DNA from: a bacterium
GTDB lineage: Bacteria > Patescibacteriota > Saccharimonadia > Saccharimonadales > Saccharimonadaceae
Assembly (NCBI GenBank): GCA_030427525.1
Contig: JAUIBD010000001.1
Span: forward strand, 18,628 to 82,627
DNA length: 64,000 bases
Direction of reading: 5' to 3'
In this document: positions 55,805 to 64,000 of the stretch, piece after piece
Position numbering within the stretch: position 1 is the stretch's first letter
Layout: each line of letters begins with the position of its first letter
Program-made: the position numbers and the translations under genes
Notes under the pieces: generated by a model
What the model saw: the letters and a program-made list of their open reading frames with translations, nothing else
Told to the model about the DNA's origin: nothing
Databases searched by the model: none

Positions 55805-57370
55805 CTACAGTTCGTCTTTTTTCGCGCTGATAAATGCGCTCCACTGACGCACCAAACGCAAGATGGTTTTTAGTGGCAGCTCGATAAGCATATCAAGCAC
55901 CAAAGCTACTAAGTTTACCTTGGCGTATTTATCACTAATGTAACGACCCACTACCACGAACGGCATATACAGAAAGTCACGTACTACGGTGACACCATTT
56001 TGCGTGCTATCGATTGATTCGAGCTCACGTATCATGCGGCTTAGCCGGAAGCCAAGGAAGCTGGCGCCGGAGAGGAATACGAAGAAGACACCGAGATGGA
56101 GAAGATCGAAGCCAAAGTAGTGCCACAACGCCCAAGCAACACCGCCAAATACCAACATGAATACTGCTGCGTAGGCGATGTTGTATCCCGCACTGAACTG
56201 TTGACTAACTTTACGAAGCAGCTGAGGCTTTGTTTCATCGTCATATAGCGTATGCTCAACTTCACGTACCAGCTGCATGGTATTTGCCGGGCCTGGCATA
56301 AGGAGTGTTGTGCGTAGTAACACCATGTATAGGGGTGGGAATAGTAAATTTATCAGCAGCGGTGTCCACAAAATTGCGCCAGCAACGACATAGTCATACG
56401 GTATTTCGATACCAATGCCAATGAGGAACTTTGTAATAATAAGGAAAATGACGCTACGAATAATGCCTTGGTTTACCTTTTTACTAATTGCGTCGTAGTC
56501 ATCAGTCACCTGTTTTTCAAACACCACCAGAAATTGTGATTTGTTCTCGAGTAGTTGTGGTAAACTCGGATCGGCCTCGACCAGATGGCGAAGTACGCGT
56601 AGATGCGCACTACGGCGGTCGATAACGTGATACAGTTTTTCAGTGTTTGAATCACTAAACAGTTCATCGATCTGCTTGTTGGTTTGTATATACGGTGACA
56701 GATGCTCTGGTGCCTGCTGATAGCGCTTTAGCAGACCCAATCGAATCACCGCTTCATCCGACTTTAGTAGTGCACGGTGGATTGCCACATACAGCGCAGT
56801 CTCGGTATTCGAGGGCTTGCTACCCAGCAGCTTAGCAAAGTCGAGTGTGCGCAAAAAGTGGGTGTGTGCAAATTGAGTGAAGGCTTGTAGATAGCTGCTG
56901 TCGTTTAGTAACCACTCGGTTTCAACCGCAAGTAACTCATAGCTCCACTGTTCGACTTGTTGACTGCCTACTCCCTTTGCCTTTTCTAAGTCCAGGTACA
57001 GCTTGTAGTACTTTTCTGCCAGCTCGCTGATAGTCTGCATGGTTGACTCTGGCACGGAATCGTTGGCGACGTACCCTGCCTGTGTCAGTTCAATCAGTAA
57101 CTCCTCGCCACAATTAGCGATTCGTGATGTATCTCGCAGCAAGAAAAGTCGTTTAAAAAAACGACGGATCGCGCGTTGCAATAATACGTGTTCTTCCGTG
57201 TATTCTGCGGCATTTCGTAGTTGCTCGTACGCTGCTGTAATAGTTGCACCAGCACCAACAACATGTACTTTTTGTGCAGCCTCCTGCTTCTTCGAGCGGG
57301 CGGTTGCTTGTTCGTGAGCATGTGCTAATGCTTTCGCAAATTGATGTCCGATGGTGTTTAACTGTGTCAT
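55805..57370 (-). CDS. Hypothetical large membrane protein (521 aa)
   Basis: A soluble helical N-terminal half and a polytopic C-terminal half. It starts 12 nt downstream of tRNA-Arg. Confidence 0.55.
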   Translation of the reverse strand: MTQLNTIGHQFAKALAHAHEQATARSKKQEAAQKVHVVGAGATITAAYEQLRNAAEYTEEHVLLQRAIRRFFKRLFLLRDTSRIANCGEELLIELTQAGYVANDSVPESTMQTISELAEKYYKLYLDLEKAKGVGSQQVEQWSYELLAVETEWLLNDSSYLQAFTQFAHTHFLRTLDFAKLLGSKPSNTETALYVAIHRALLKSDEAVIRLGLLKRYQQAPEHLSPYIQTNKQIDELFSDSNTEKLYHVIDRRSAHLRVLRHLVEADPSLPQLLENKSQFLVVFEKQVTDDYDAISKKVNQGIIRSVIFLIITKFLIGIGIEIPYDYVVAGAILWTPLLINLLFPPLYMVLLRTTLLMPGPANTMQLVREVEHTLYDDETKPQLLRKVSQQFSAGYNIAYAAVFMLVFGGVAWALWHYFGFDLLHLGVFFVFLSGASFLGFRLSRMIRELESIDSTQNGVTVVRDFLYMPFVVVGRYISDKYAKVNLVALVLDMLIELPLKTILRLVRQWSAFISAKKDEL

Positions 57371-57381
57371 GACAAAAAATA

Positions 57382-57458
57382 TGGTACACCCGGTAGGATT
57401 CGAACCTACGACACCTGGTTCCGAAGACCAGTGCTCTAATCCGCTGAGCTACGGGTGC
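57382..57458 (-). tRNA. tRNA-Arg (anticodon UCG), CCA encoded
   Basis: Acceptor GCACCCG/CGGGTGT (G1-U72), anticodon arm CTGGT-CTTCGGA-ACCAG, T arm GTAGG-TTCGAAT-CCTAC. Confidence 0.85.
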
Positions 57459-57526
57459 ATAGTGACTATTCTGTTCTTACAGAGGTAATTATACATGAAA
57501 TTATATGTTTGCGCTATACTCTCAGT

Positions 57527-58546
57527 ATGGACGTACACCAAAATATTCCGCTAAAAAATTACCTGACAATGAAGTTGGGTGGTGTAACGAAATACATGAG
57601 TGAGGTGCACACACCAAACGAGCTTGCCGAGGCGTGCCGAGCAGCCAAGCAGCAAGGTATTCCGTTTTTTATTCTTGGTGGGGGAAGCAATGTTATCGCC
57701 AAGGACGAGGGCTTTAGTGGACTTGTTATTTTGAATAAAATCAATGGCTTTGAGGTAATAGAGGACACTGCCACTCATGTTGTACTTAAAATCGGTGGCG
57801 GCGAAAACTGGGACTCGACAGTCGCAAAGACGGTTGAGATGAACTTGACTGGTATTGAAGCAATGTCGGGCATACCAGGAACGGTGGGCGCCTCACCCGT
57901 GCAAAACATTGGTGCATATGGCCAGGAAATAGCAGATACGCTGCTATCAATAGAGGCATACGATAGTACGACCGACAGTTTTGTTGTGCTGCAAAATGAC
58001 CAATGTGGATTTAGTTACAGATCAAGTATATTTCGTGAGGCGGATATGGGTCGCTACGGAATCTACACGGTGACTTTAAAACTATACAAATCTGCCCCAC
58101 AAGCACCATTTTATGATGCGCTGCAGCGATATTTCGAACAAAATTCAATAACGATGTTTACTCCAAAAGTTGTACGTGACGCCGTACTAGCAATTCGACA
58201 TGACAAACTACCCGACCCGAAAGAACGACCAAACGCTGGTTCATTTTTCAAAAACTCTATTATAGAAGATTGGCAACTTGGTGAACTAAGAGAAGCATGG
58301 CCCGATATGCCTGCTTACGATTTAGGTGATAAACACTATAAAGTACCGACAGGATGGTTGATAGAACAAGCGGGTATGAAAGGTAAATTGATAAACGGCA
58401 TACGCGTGCACGACAAAAACTGCCTGGTGCTCATTAATGAGTCAGCTTCATCGTACGCAGATTTAGCAGCTGCTAAAGAAGCCATCATTGATGCTGTACG
58501 TGACCTATTCAGAATTACAATCATTCAAGAACCTCTTGAGATATAG
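57527..58546 (+). CDS. murB: UDP-N-acetylenolpyruvoylglucosamine reductase
   Basis: LKNYLTMKLGG, FILGGGSNV, GIPGTVGASPVQNIGAYG and AGSFFKN. The ATG at 57527 lies 6 nt after TATACT. Confidence 0.9.
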   Translation: MDVHQNIPLKNYLTMKLGGVTKYMSEVHTPNELAEACRAAKQQGIPFFILGGGSNVIAKDEGFSGLVILNKINGFEVIEDTATHVVLKIGGGENWDSTVAKTVEMNLTGIEAMSGIPGTVGASPVQNIGAYGQEIADTLLSIEAYDSTTDSFVVLQNDQCGFSYRSSIFREADMGRYGIYTVTLKLYKSAPQAPFYDALQRYFEQNSITMFTPKVVRDAVLAIRHDKLPDPKERPNAGSFFKNSIIEDWQLGELREAWPDMPAYDLGDKHYKVPTGWLIEQAGMKGKLINGIRVHDKNCLVLINESASSYADLAAAKEAIIDAVRDLFRITIIQEPLEI

Positions 58547-58584
58547 CTTGTTTTCGTATAGAAAAATGCTTATGCTAATAGTAT

Positions 58585-59166
58585 ATGGTTTTACGTGGGC
58601 GTTCGAAGGGTTTTACAATTGTTGAGCTGCTCATTACACTTGCGATTGCTGCAGCATTGCTCGCCCTTGGTGTGGCAGGCGTACGTTCTCTGCAAGGCTA
58701 CGCGAGAGACGACGAGCGGGAAGCTGACGTTGCAGCAATTGCGCGAGGGCTAGAACAACGCTATGCGAACGGGAACCCGTATGCTACTGCGGTACCGCCT
58801 GACTATGTCGAAAAAGGCTCTTACCCAGGAATAAACGAGTGGTTTCATATGTATGGCAGCACCAAAGCAAACTACACACCCGCCACGTATACGGGAGGCT
58901 ATGCTACACGAGTATTGCCAGGTACATCTACAGCGACTTTCACTAGTCCTTCCGGTGTTGGCTGGGCCCCAACCTGTTCATTCGCATGCCAACCTGCAGG
59001 CGATAGCGCAACAATCAACTCAGCCCTATCTACAGATAAATATGCTTACGAACCTGTAGCCAGTAACGGAGCTATTTGCTACAACGGAAACTGCCCTAGT
59101 TTTAACATTTATTGGAAAAGTGAAGTTGACGGAACGATTCATAAGCTGAGGAGTAAGCACCGATGA
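58585..59166 (+). CDS. Type IV pilin-like (prepilin N-terminus) protein
   Basis: Prepilin signature KG/FTIVELLITLAIAAALLALG. Confidence 0.7.
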   Translation: MVLRGRSKGFTIVELLITLAIAAALLALGVAGVRSLQGYARDDEREADVAAIARGLEQRYANGNPYATAVPPDYVEKGSYPGINEWFHMYGSTKANYTPATYTGGYATRVLPGTSTATFTSPSGVGWAPTCSFACQPAGDSATINSALSTDKYAYEPVASNGAICYNGNCPSFNIYWKSEVDGTIHKLRSKHR

Positions 59167-59552
59167 TTCAAGGCCAAGAAGGATTTAGTGCTGTTGAGCT
59201 GCTGATCACCCTATTTATTGGCAGTATTTTTCTGTTGGCCGGCTACCAACTGTCCACGCAGGTATCAAAAGACGGTGCAGATGCAGCGAAAACTGCCAAG
59301 GTCTCAAATATTGTCTATGATCGCTTACGTCAAATCCGATTCGATGCCAACCAAGATACTTGCAACCCAACAGTTCCGACTGCTCCAGCCAATGAGCAAG
59401 TGACTATTCCTGGACTGAGAGGTCCGGCAACACTTGTAACAACATACTCATGTCCATTTAGCGGTGTTGGGGTAGTCAAAGTCACCATTAATGCAACCTA
59501 TAATGATGGTATATCAAACAGGGTACTTTCACATGCGATATTCAGCAACTAG
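59163..59552 (+). CDS. Type IV minor pilin-like protein
   Basis: EG/FSAVELLITLFIGSIFLLAGY. A 4-nt overlap links it to the upstream gene. Confidence 0.65.
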   Translation: MIQGQEGFSAVELLITLFIGSIFLLAGYQLSTQVSKDGADAAKTAKVSNIVYDRLRQIRFDANQDTCNPTVPTAPANEQVTIPGLRGPATLVTTYSCPFSGVGVVKVTINATYNDGISNRVLSHAIFSN

Positions 59553-60363
59553 ATCACAGCGCGGGTTTACACTCATCGAAATGATGATTATTGCACCTGT
59601 TGTTATTTTATTGATTGGCGCATTCGTTGTGTTTACTGTGTCGCTCACAGGTAGCAGCTTGCGGCTACGTGAGCAGAACACCATGTCATACGACATACAA
59701 AACGCCCTCAATACCATTGAAGATGATGCCACCTTAGCAATGGCGTTTTCGTCTACTACTGTCTCTGGCACAAGCGGAACATCATATTCAATTAATACAC
59801 CCCAGGGCAATAATAATGGCTCAGGTGCCACGGGTGTGTTCACCGCTTCAGCTAGCGGTCCATTGCTCGTAAAATCAGCTGCAACTACTACTAACCCCAG
59901 TGTCAGTAACCGTTCACTGGTGTATTATGCTCAACCTGATGCCACTTGTACTTCTGGAACATTGGTCGCTAATGACCCTTACCCTGTGCTTTACGTATAT
60001 TTTGTCCGCTCTAATACACTGTGGCGACGGGTGATTCTAGGAACGGTCAATTCTGGTGGATACCCAGCACTCTGTAATGGTCCTGCTTGGCAAAAAGCAA
60101 GCTGTGACCCTTCCCTAGTGGGCTCGTATCCATCAGTATGTAGTACTGAAGACACACAGTTACTCGATAATGTTTCAACTTTTTCGATTAACTACTACGC
60201 AAATGCTGGTGATACTAACCCGATGAGTATATCGAACTACAACTGGGATGATAACAGTTCACCACAGGGTATTGCAGTCACAATCTCGACCAGTAAAAAC
60301 ATTGCCGGTGCTACCATCACCCAATCAAGATCGCTTAGGGTGTCGAGCGTAAACGTACGGTAA
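59533..60363 (+). CDS. Type IV minor pilin-like protein
   Basis: RG/FTLIEMMIIAPVVILLIGAFV. The start was chosen at MRYSATRSQRG. Confidence 0.65.
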   Translation: MRYSATRSQRGFTLIEMMIIAPVVILLIGAFVVFTVSLTGSSLRLREQNTMSYDIQNALNTIEDDATLAMAFSSTTVSGTSGTSYSINTPQGNNNGSGATGVFTASASGPLLVKSAATTTNPSVSNRSLVYYAQPDATCTSGTLVANDPYPVLYVYFVRSNTLWRRVILGTVNSGGYPALCNGPAWQKASCDPSLVGSYPSVCSTEDTQLLDNVSTFSINYYANAGDTNPMSISNYNWDDNSSPQGIAVTISTSKNIAGATITQSRSLRVSSVNVR

Positions 60364-60441
60364 TGTTTTCAAAACGCTTGCGCTTACTTTTTTCCTGTAG
60401 TATAGTACGTTTATAAAGCTTAACGTAGGGGGCAATCAGAA

Positions 60442-60930
60442 ATGACTCTTAATAACATCAACAGTATTCGCAAAGATCGCGGTTTCACGATCGTCGAGCT
60501 ATTGATCGTGATTGTGATTATCGCTATTTTGGCGGCAATCATCATCGTTGCATACAACGGTATCACGAATCGAGCGCACGCTAGCGCTGCCAAACAAGCT
60601 GCGCAGAACGTTGTGAACAAAGCCGAAGCATATAACGCAGAGGAAGGAAGCTATCCTGCTACATTTGGTGCACTCACCAGTGCAACAAGTGACAAGAGCT
60701 ACCAGCTTGTGTCTACCGCTGCTACACTAAACACAGACGTAGCTGCAATTTCCGCTGCGCCAACAATCGACAAGACTATCGACTTTTACGAATGCCACGA
60801 TGCTAGCAACAATCAAGTTGGTAACCGTGTAGGATTCTGGGACTACAGTGCTAGCCCACAAGCAGTTGCCTTCAATACCGCTGGTACAACTACCGGTACT
60901 GGTATTACCTGCGCTCGTGTAACTAGCTAG
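60442..60930 (+). CDS. pilA: Type IV major pilin (PilA-like)
   Basis: RG/FTIVELLIVIVIIAILAAIIIVAYNGITNRA, and a C-terminal Cys pair (ECHD...ITCA). It has its own SD (GGGGG) and a terminator. Confidence 0.75.
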   Translation: MTLNNINSIRKDRGFTIVELLIVIVIIAILAAIIIVAYNGITNRAHASAAKQAAQNVVNKAEAYNAEEGSYPATFGALTSATSDKSYQLVSTAATLNTDVAAISAAPTIDKTIDFYECHDASNNQVGNRVGFWDYSASPQAVAFNTAGTTTGTGITCARVTS

Positions 60931-60950
60931 TCAAGATTGATTAGATAAGT

Positions 60951-60979
60951 AAACTACCGCCCATATAGGCGGTAGTTTT
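60951..60979. terminator. Bidirectional terminator between pilA and glyA
   Basis: An 11-bp perfect stem, AAACTACCGCC-CATATA-GGCGGTAGTTT, followed by TCGTTT. Confidence 0.75.
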
Positions 60980-60994
60980 CGTTTGCCTCATCTA

Positions 60995-62278
60995 TTAGTG
61001 GTGGGTTGGCATGGGGAAGTCCTTCAGGAAGCTCTTCGTTGCTTTCCTGAGTTCGGCAAGCTTGGCGTCGTCATCACGCGCATCAATCGCATCTTTCAGC
61101 CACTGTGCAATTTGTGGCATGTGCTCTTCTGTTAGACCTCGCGTTGTGAGCGCTGGCGTACCCAAGCGAATGCCGCTTGGTTTAAACGGTGGATTCGGAT
61201 CGTCAGGTACGGAGTTTTTATTCAGCGTTAGGCCAATTTTATCGAGTGCTTCTTCAGCGACTTTACCGTTCACGCCGAAACTTTCTTGAACATTTGCCAA
61301 AATAAGATGATTACTAGTGCCGTTTGTTACTAATTTAAAGCCACGCTGCATCATTTCGTCGGCCAATACACTTGCATTTTTTACGATCTGAGTCGCATAG
61401 TCTTTGAACTCAGGCTTGAGCGCTTCACCGAAGGCAACTGCCTTTGCGGCTATTACGTGCATATGTGGGCCGCCCTGCATGCCTGGAAAAATAGAGCGAT
61501 CAATCAGTGTAGGGATGTTGTCGAGCGTTTTCTCTGGAGCACGGAGTGGATTTCCTACTGTTCCCCTACTTAGAATTAGACCTCCGCGCGGGCCTCTTAA
61601 GGTTTTGTGGGTTGTGGTAGTGATGACGTGGAATCCATAGTCGAATGGGTTTTTTGCGACCCCCGCAGCAATAAGCCCAGCAATGTGTGCCATGTCAGCC
61701 ATTAGTAGCGCGCCAACTTCATTACCTATCTCTGCAAATTTTTTATAGTCGAGTTCGCGCGGGTAACCAGAGAATCCTGCTAGCACAATCTTCGGCTTGT
61801 GCTCAAGCGCTAATTCGCGCAAGTGATCATAATCAATCTCGCCTGTTTCAATATCTTTCATTTTGTATGGTATAAAGTTGTACAGCTTTGCGCTGCGAGT
61901 CATTGGGTTGCCGTGTGTCAGATGTCCACCGTGACTGAGGTCCATCGCGAGCACTGCATCACCGGGTTCAAGCCATGCACTGTACACTGCCTCATTCGCA
62001 GGCGCTCCAGAATGTGGCTGTACATTTGCGTGATCTGCATTGAACAGCTGTTTTGCGCGGTCGATTGCAAGCTGCTCTAAAGGATCGGTAAAATCTTGCC
62101 CTCCGTAGTAGCGCTTGCCCGGATACCCTTCAGAATATTTGTTCGTAAAGACGCTACCGAGCGCCTCAAGCACATCGGCCGATACATAATTTTCACTGGG
62201 AATTAGTTCAAGTCCCTCTTTTTCTCGTTGCTCCTCACCCGCGATAAGTTTCGCAACAACATCATCTTGCATAGTCAT
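60995..62278 (-). CDS. glyA: Serine hydroxymethyltransferase
   Basis: LELIPSENY, the HGGHLTHG-type block and TTTTHKTLRGPRGG. The start at MTMQDD follows AGGAGGG. The ORF track extends to 62341. Confidence 0.9.
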   Translation of the reverse strand: MTMQDDVVAKLIAGEEQREKEGLELIPSENYVSADVLEALGSVFTNKYSEGYPGKRYYGGQDFTDPLEQLAIDRAKQLFNADHANVQPHSGAPANEAVYSAWLEPGDAVLAMDLSHGGHLTHGNPMTRSAKLYNFIPYKMKDIETGEIDYDHLRELALEHKPKIVLAGFSGYPRELDYKKFAEIGNEVGALLMADMAHIAGLIAAGVAKNPFDYGFHVITTTTHKTLRGPRGGLILSRGTVGNPLRAPEKTLDNIPTLIDRSIFPGMQGGPHMHVIAAKAVAFGEALKPEFKDYATQIVKNASVLADEMMQRGFKLVTNGTSNHLILANVQESFGVNGKVAEEALDKIGLTLNKNSVPDDPNPPFKPSGIRLGTPALTTRGLTEEHMPQIAQWLKDAIDARDDDAKLAELRKATKSFLKDFPMPTHH

Positions 62279-62387
62279 AAAATTTACCCTCCTGGTTGTA
62301 AGTGTTTGCCTAAAGATGACGTAAGACGTTATAACATACACCTATTATAGCACTTCACAAATATATCGTATGTGATATACTCTCAAC

Positions 62388-63920
62388 ATGACTGCGAGCA
62401 CTTACAAGGAACAGCTTGGTCAGCTAATCCAAAGAAATAGAACAGATAAAGACATGACTCAAGCTGAGCTTGCAAAGGCACTTGGCACATCTCAGTCCGC
62501 TATAAACCGCATTGAAAAAGGTGGACAAAATATTAGCGTGGAGATGTTAGCACGTATAAGTGAGGTGCTCGGTAGTAACCTAGTAATGCTGAACAAGACG
62601 GGCCAAATGAGCTACCGTATTCGTGGTGGCAGTAAATTATCCGGCGAAATTGAAGTAAATACAAGCAAAAATGCCGCTGTTGGATTATTGTGTGCAAGCT
62701 TGCTAAACAAGGGCAAGACGACATTCCGACATGTGGCGCGGATTGAAGAAGTAAACCGGATTATAGAAGTGCTCGAAAGTATTGGTGTTAAAATTCGTTG
62801 GATTAACGAATCTGACCTAGAGATTGATCCACCAGCCAAATTGAAACTTGAAGATATGGACGTAGCTGCGGCAAAGCGTACCAGAACCGTTATTATGTTT
62901 CTTGGGCCTTTACTCCACCAGTATACTGACTTTAAACTCCCATTTGCAGGGGGCTGTAACCTAGGTAAACGAACAGTCGAGCCGCACATGGACGGCCTGG
63001 CGCCATTTGGCATGCGCGTCGAGGCAGCAGCTGGCACCGACTATTACCATGCAACCGTAAAGCCACGAAGGATTGAACGCACTATTTTGCTGACAGAACG
63101 TGGCGATACCGTTACCGAAAACGTTGTTATGGCAGCTGCACTCTACGACGGTGTCACGACAATTCGCAACGCCAGCCCAAACTATATGGTGCAAGATGTG
63201 TGCTACTACCTTGAGAAGCTTGGAATCAAAGTAGAGGGTATAGGAACGACAATCTTGAAGATTCATGGCAAGCGCCATATCAATAAAAATGTTGAATATC
63301 ACCCAAGTGAAGATCCAATTGAGGCAATGAGCTTTATTGCAGCTGGTATTATTACGAGTTCAGAAATTACTATCAAACGTGCACCTATCGAATTTTTAGA
63401 GCTTGAACTGGCAGTGCTCGAAAATATGGGGCTACGCTATTCACTTTCAGACGAATATCGCGCACGGAATGGCCATACTAGGCTCGTTGATATTACTCTG
63501 CAAAAGTCGGAATTAATTGCCTCAAAAGACAAACTTCACAGCATGCCCTTCCCCGGTGTCAATATGGACAACTTGCCTTTCCTTGGCTTAATTGCCACCG
63601 CAGCTCGTGGCCGAACCCTACTACATGACTGGAGTTATGAAAACCGCGCTATTTATTTTACAGAGCTTTCTAAGTTGAATGCAGACATCGAGATGGTTGA
63701 CCCGCACCGCGTGTACTTAACCGGGCCGACAAGATGGAAGCCAGCAGATATGGTTGCGCCACCCGCTCTGCGTCCATCCGTCGTTATTTTACTTGCTATG
63801 CTGGCCGCACCTGGCGTATCAACGCTACGGGACGTTTACTCGATAAATCGTGGCTATGAGAATATTGCCGAGCGCTTAAACGCGATAGGCGCAAAAATTG
63901 AAACTATCACAGACCTCTAG
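62388..63920 (+). CDS. murA: UDP-N-acetylglucosamine 1-carboxyvinyltransferase fused to an N-terminal XRE-type HTH domain
   Basis: Residues 1-70 carry MTQAELAKALGTSQSAINRIEKGGQNISVEMLARISEVLG (HTH_XRE). From about residue 75 the sequence is YRIRGGSKLSGEIEVNTSKNAAVGLL..., with the catalytic GGCNLGKRTVEPH. Confidence 0.85.
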   Translation: MTASTYKEQLGQLIQRNRTDKDMTQAELAKALGTSQSAINRIEKGGQNISVEMLARISEVLGSNLVMLNKTGQMSYRIRGGSKLSGEIEVNTSKNAAVGLLCASLLNKGKTTFRHVARIEEVNRIIEVLESIGVKIRWINESDLEIDPPAKLKLEDMDVAAAKRTRTVIMFLGPLLHQYTDFKLPFAGGCNLGKRTVEPHMDGLAPFGMRVEAAAGTDYYHATVKPRRIERTILLTERGDTVTENVVMAAALYDGVTTIRNASPNYMVQDVCYYLEKLGIKVEGIGTTILKIHGKRHINKNVEYHPSEDPIEAMSFIAAGIITSSEITIKRAPIEFLELELAVLENMGLRYSLSDEYRARNGHTRLVDITLQKSELIASKDKLHSMPFPGVNMDNLPFLGLIATAARGRTLLHDWSYENRAIYFTELSKLNADIEMVDPHRVYLTGPTRWKPADMVAPPALRPSVVILLAMLAAPGVSTLRDVYSINRGYENIAERLNAIGAKIETITDL

Positions 63921-63967
63921 TCTACCCCTGGTAAATATGCTACAATAGCTCTCGTGTAACATGCGTG

Positions 63968-64000
63968 GCGGATGTAGCTCAGTTGGTTAGAGCGACGGGT
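63968..64000 (+). tRNA. tRNA, 5' part only (anticodon lies beyond the window)
   Basis: GCGGATG-TA-GCTC-AGTTGGTTA-GAGC-G-ACGGG gives the acceptor 5' strand, the D arm and the start of the anticodon stem. TGCTACAAT lies about 25 nt upstream. Confidence 0.7.

Overview
This is a gene-dense 64-kb chromosomal segment, mostly minus-strand housekeeping operons. It comes from a small-genome bacterium with a Gram-positive-type envelope. The gene content suggests a Saccharibacteria (TM7)/CPR-like epibiont, but that is an inference, not a search result. The supporting content is: phosphoketolase plus acetate kinase, lower glycolysis, an RpfB-like wall hydrolase, LPXTG surface proteins, type IV pilins, a shortened AlaRS and many unknown small membrane proteins. 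Recognisable genes include obg, mltG, ruvX, ftsA, alaS, mnmA, metG, rsmA, pcrA, tpiA-pgk-pyk, ackA-xfp, a DEAD-box helicase, fic, trpS, folD, folC, murB, glyA and an HTH-murA fusion. There are three complete tRNAs, Glu-UUC, Lys-CUU and Arg-UCG, plus one partial tRNA at the right edge. I saw no rRNA, CRISPR array, transposase or integrase. The accessory content sits at two tRNA-linked loci. (1) Downstream of tRNA-Glu (about 38.5-42 kb) there are several displaced copies of the tRNA 3' end, a decayed tRNA fragment and two patches of markedly GC-rich foreign DNA. One patch holds an intact 83-codon ORF with high-GC3 codon usage behind an AT-rich native-type promoter. This locus also carries trpS and GNAT genes. 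(2) Downstream of tRNA-Lys (about 53.1-55.2 kb) there are two orphan gene cassettes, each bounded by a copy of the tRNA 3' flank and terminator hairpin, next to a collapsed P-loop kinase pseudogene. Other points worth a second look: two paralogous LPXTG adhesin-like genes with Cys-bracketed repeats; an ackA-xfp module lying between an intact HAD phosphatase gene and a 3' remnant of a second copy; a long structured leader and probable AUU start for a LysM/CHAP hydrolase; and a recurring -10 box 6-8 nt upstream of start codons, which suggests leaderless mRNAs. All functional calls rest on motifs read from the translations. No database search was run.
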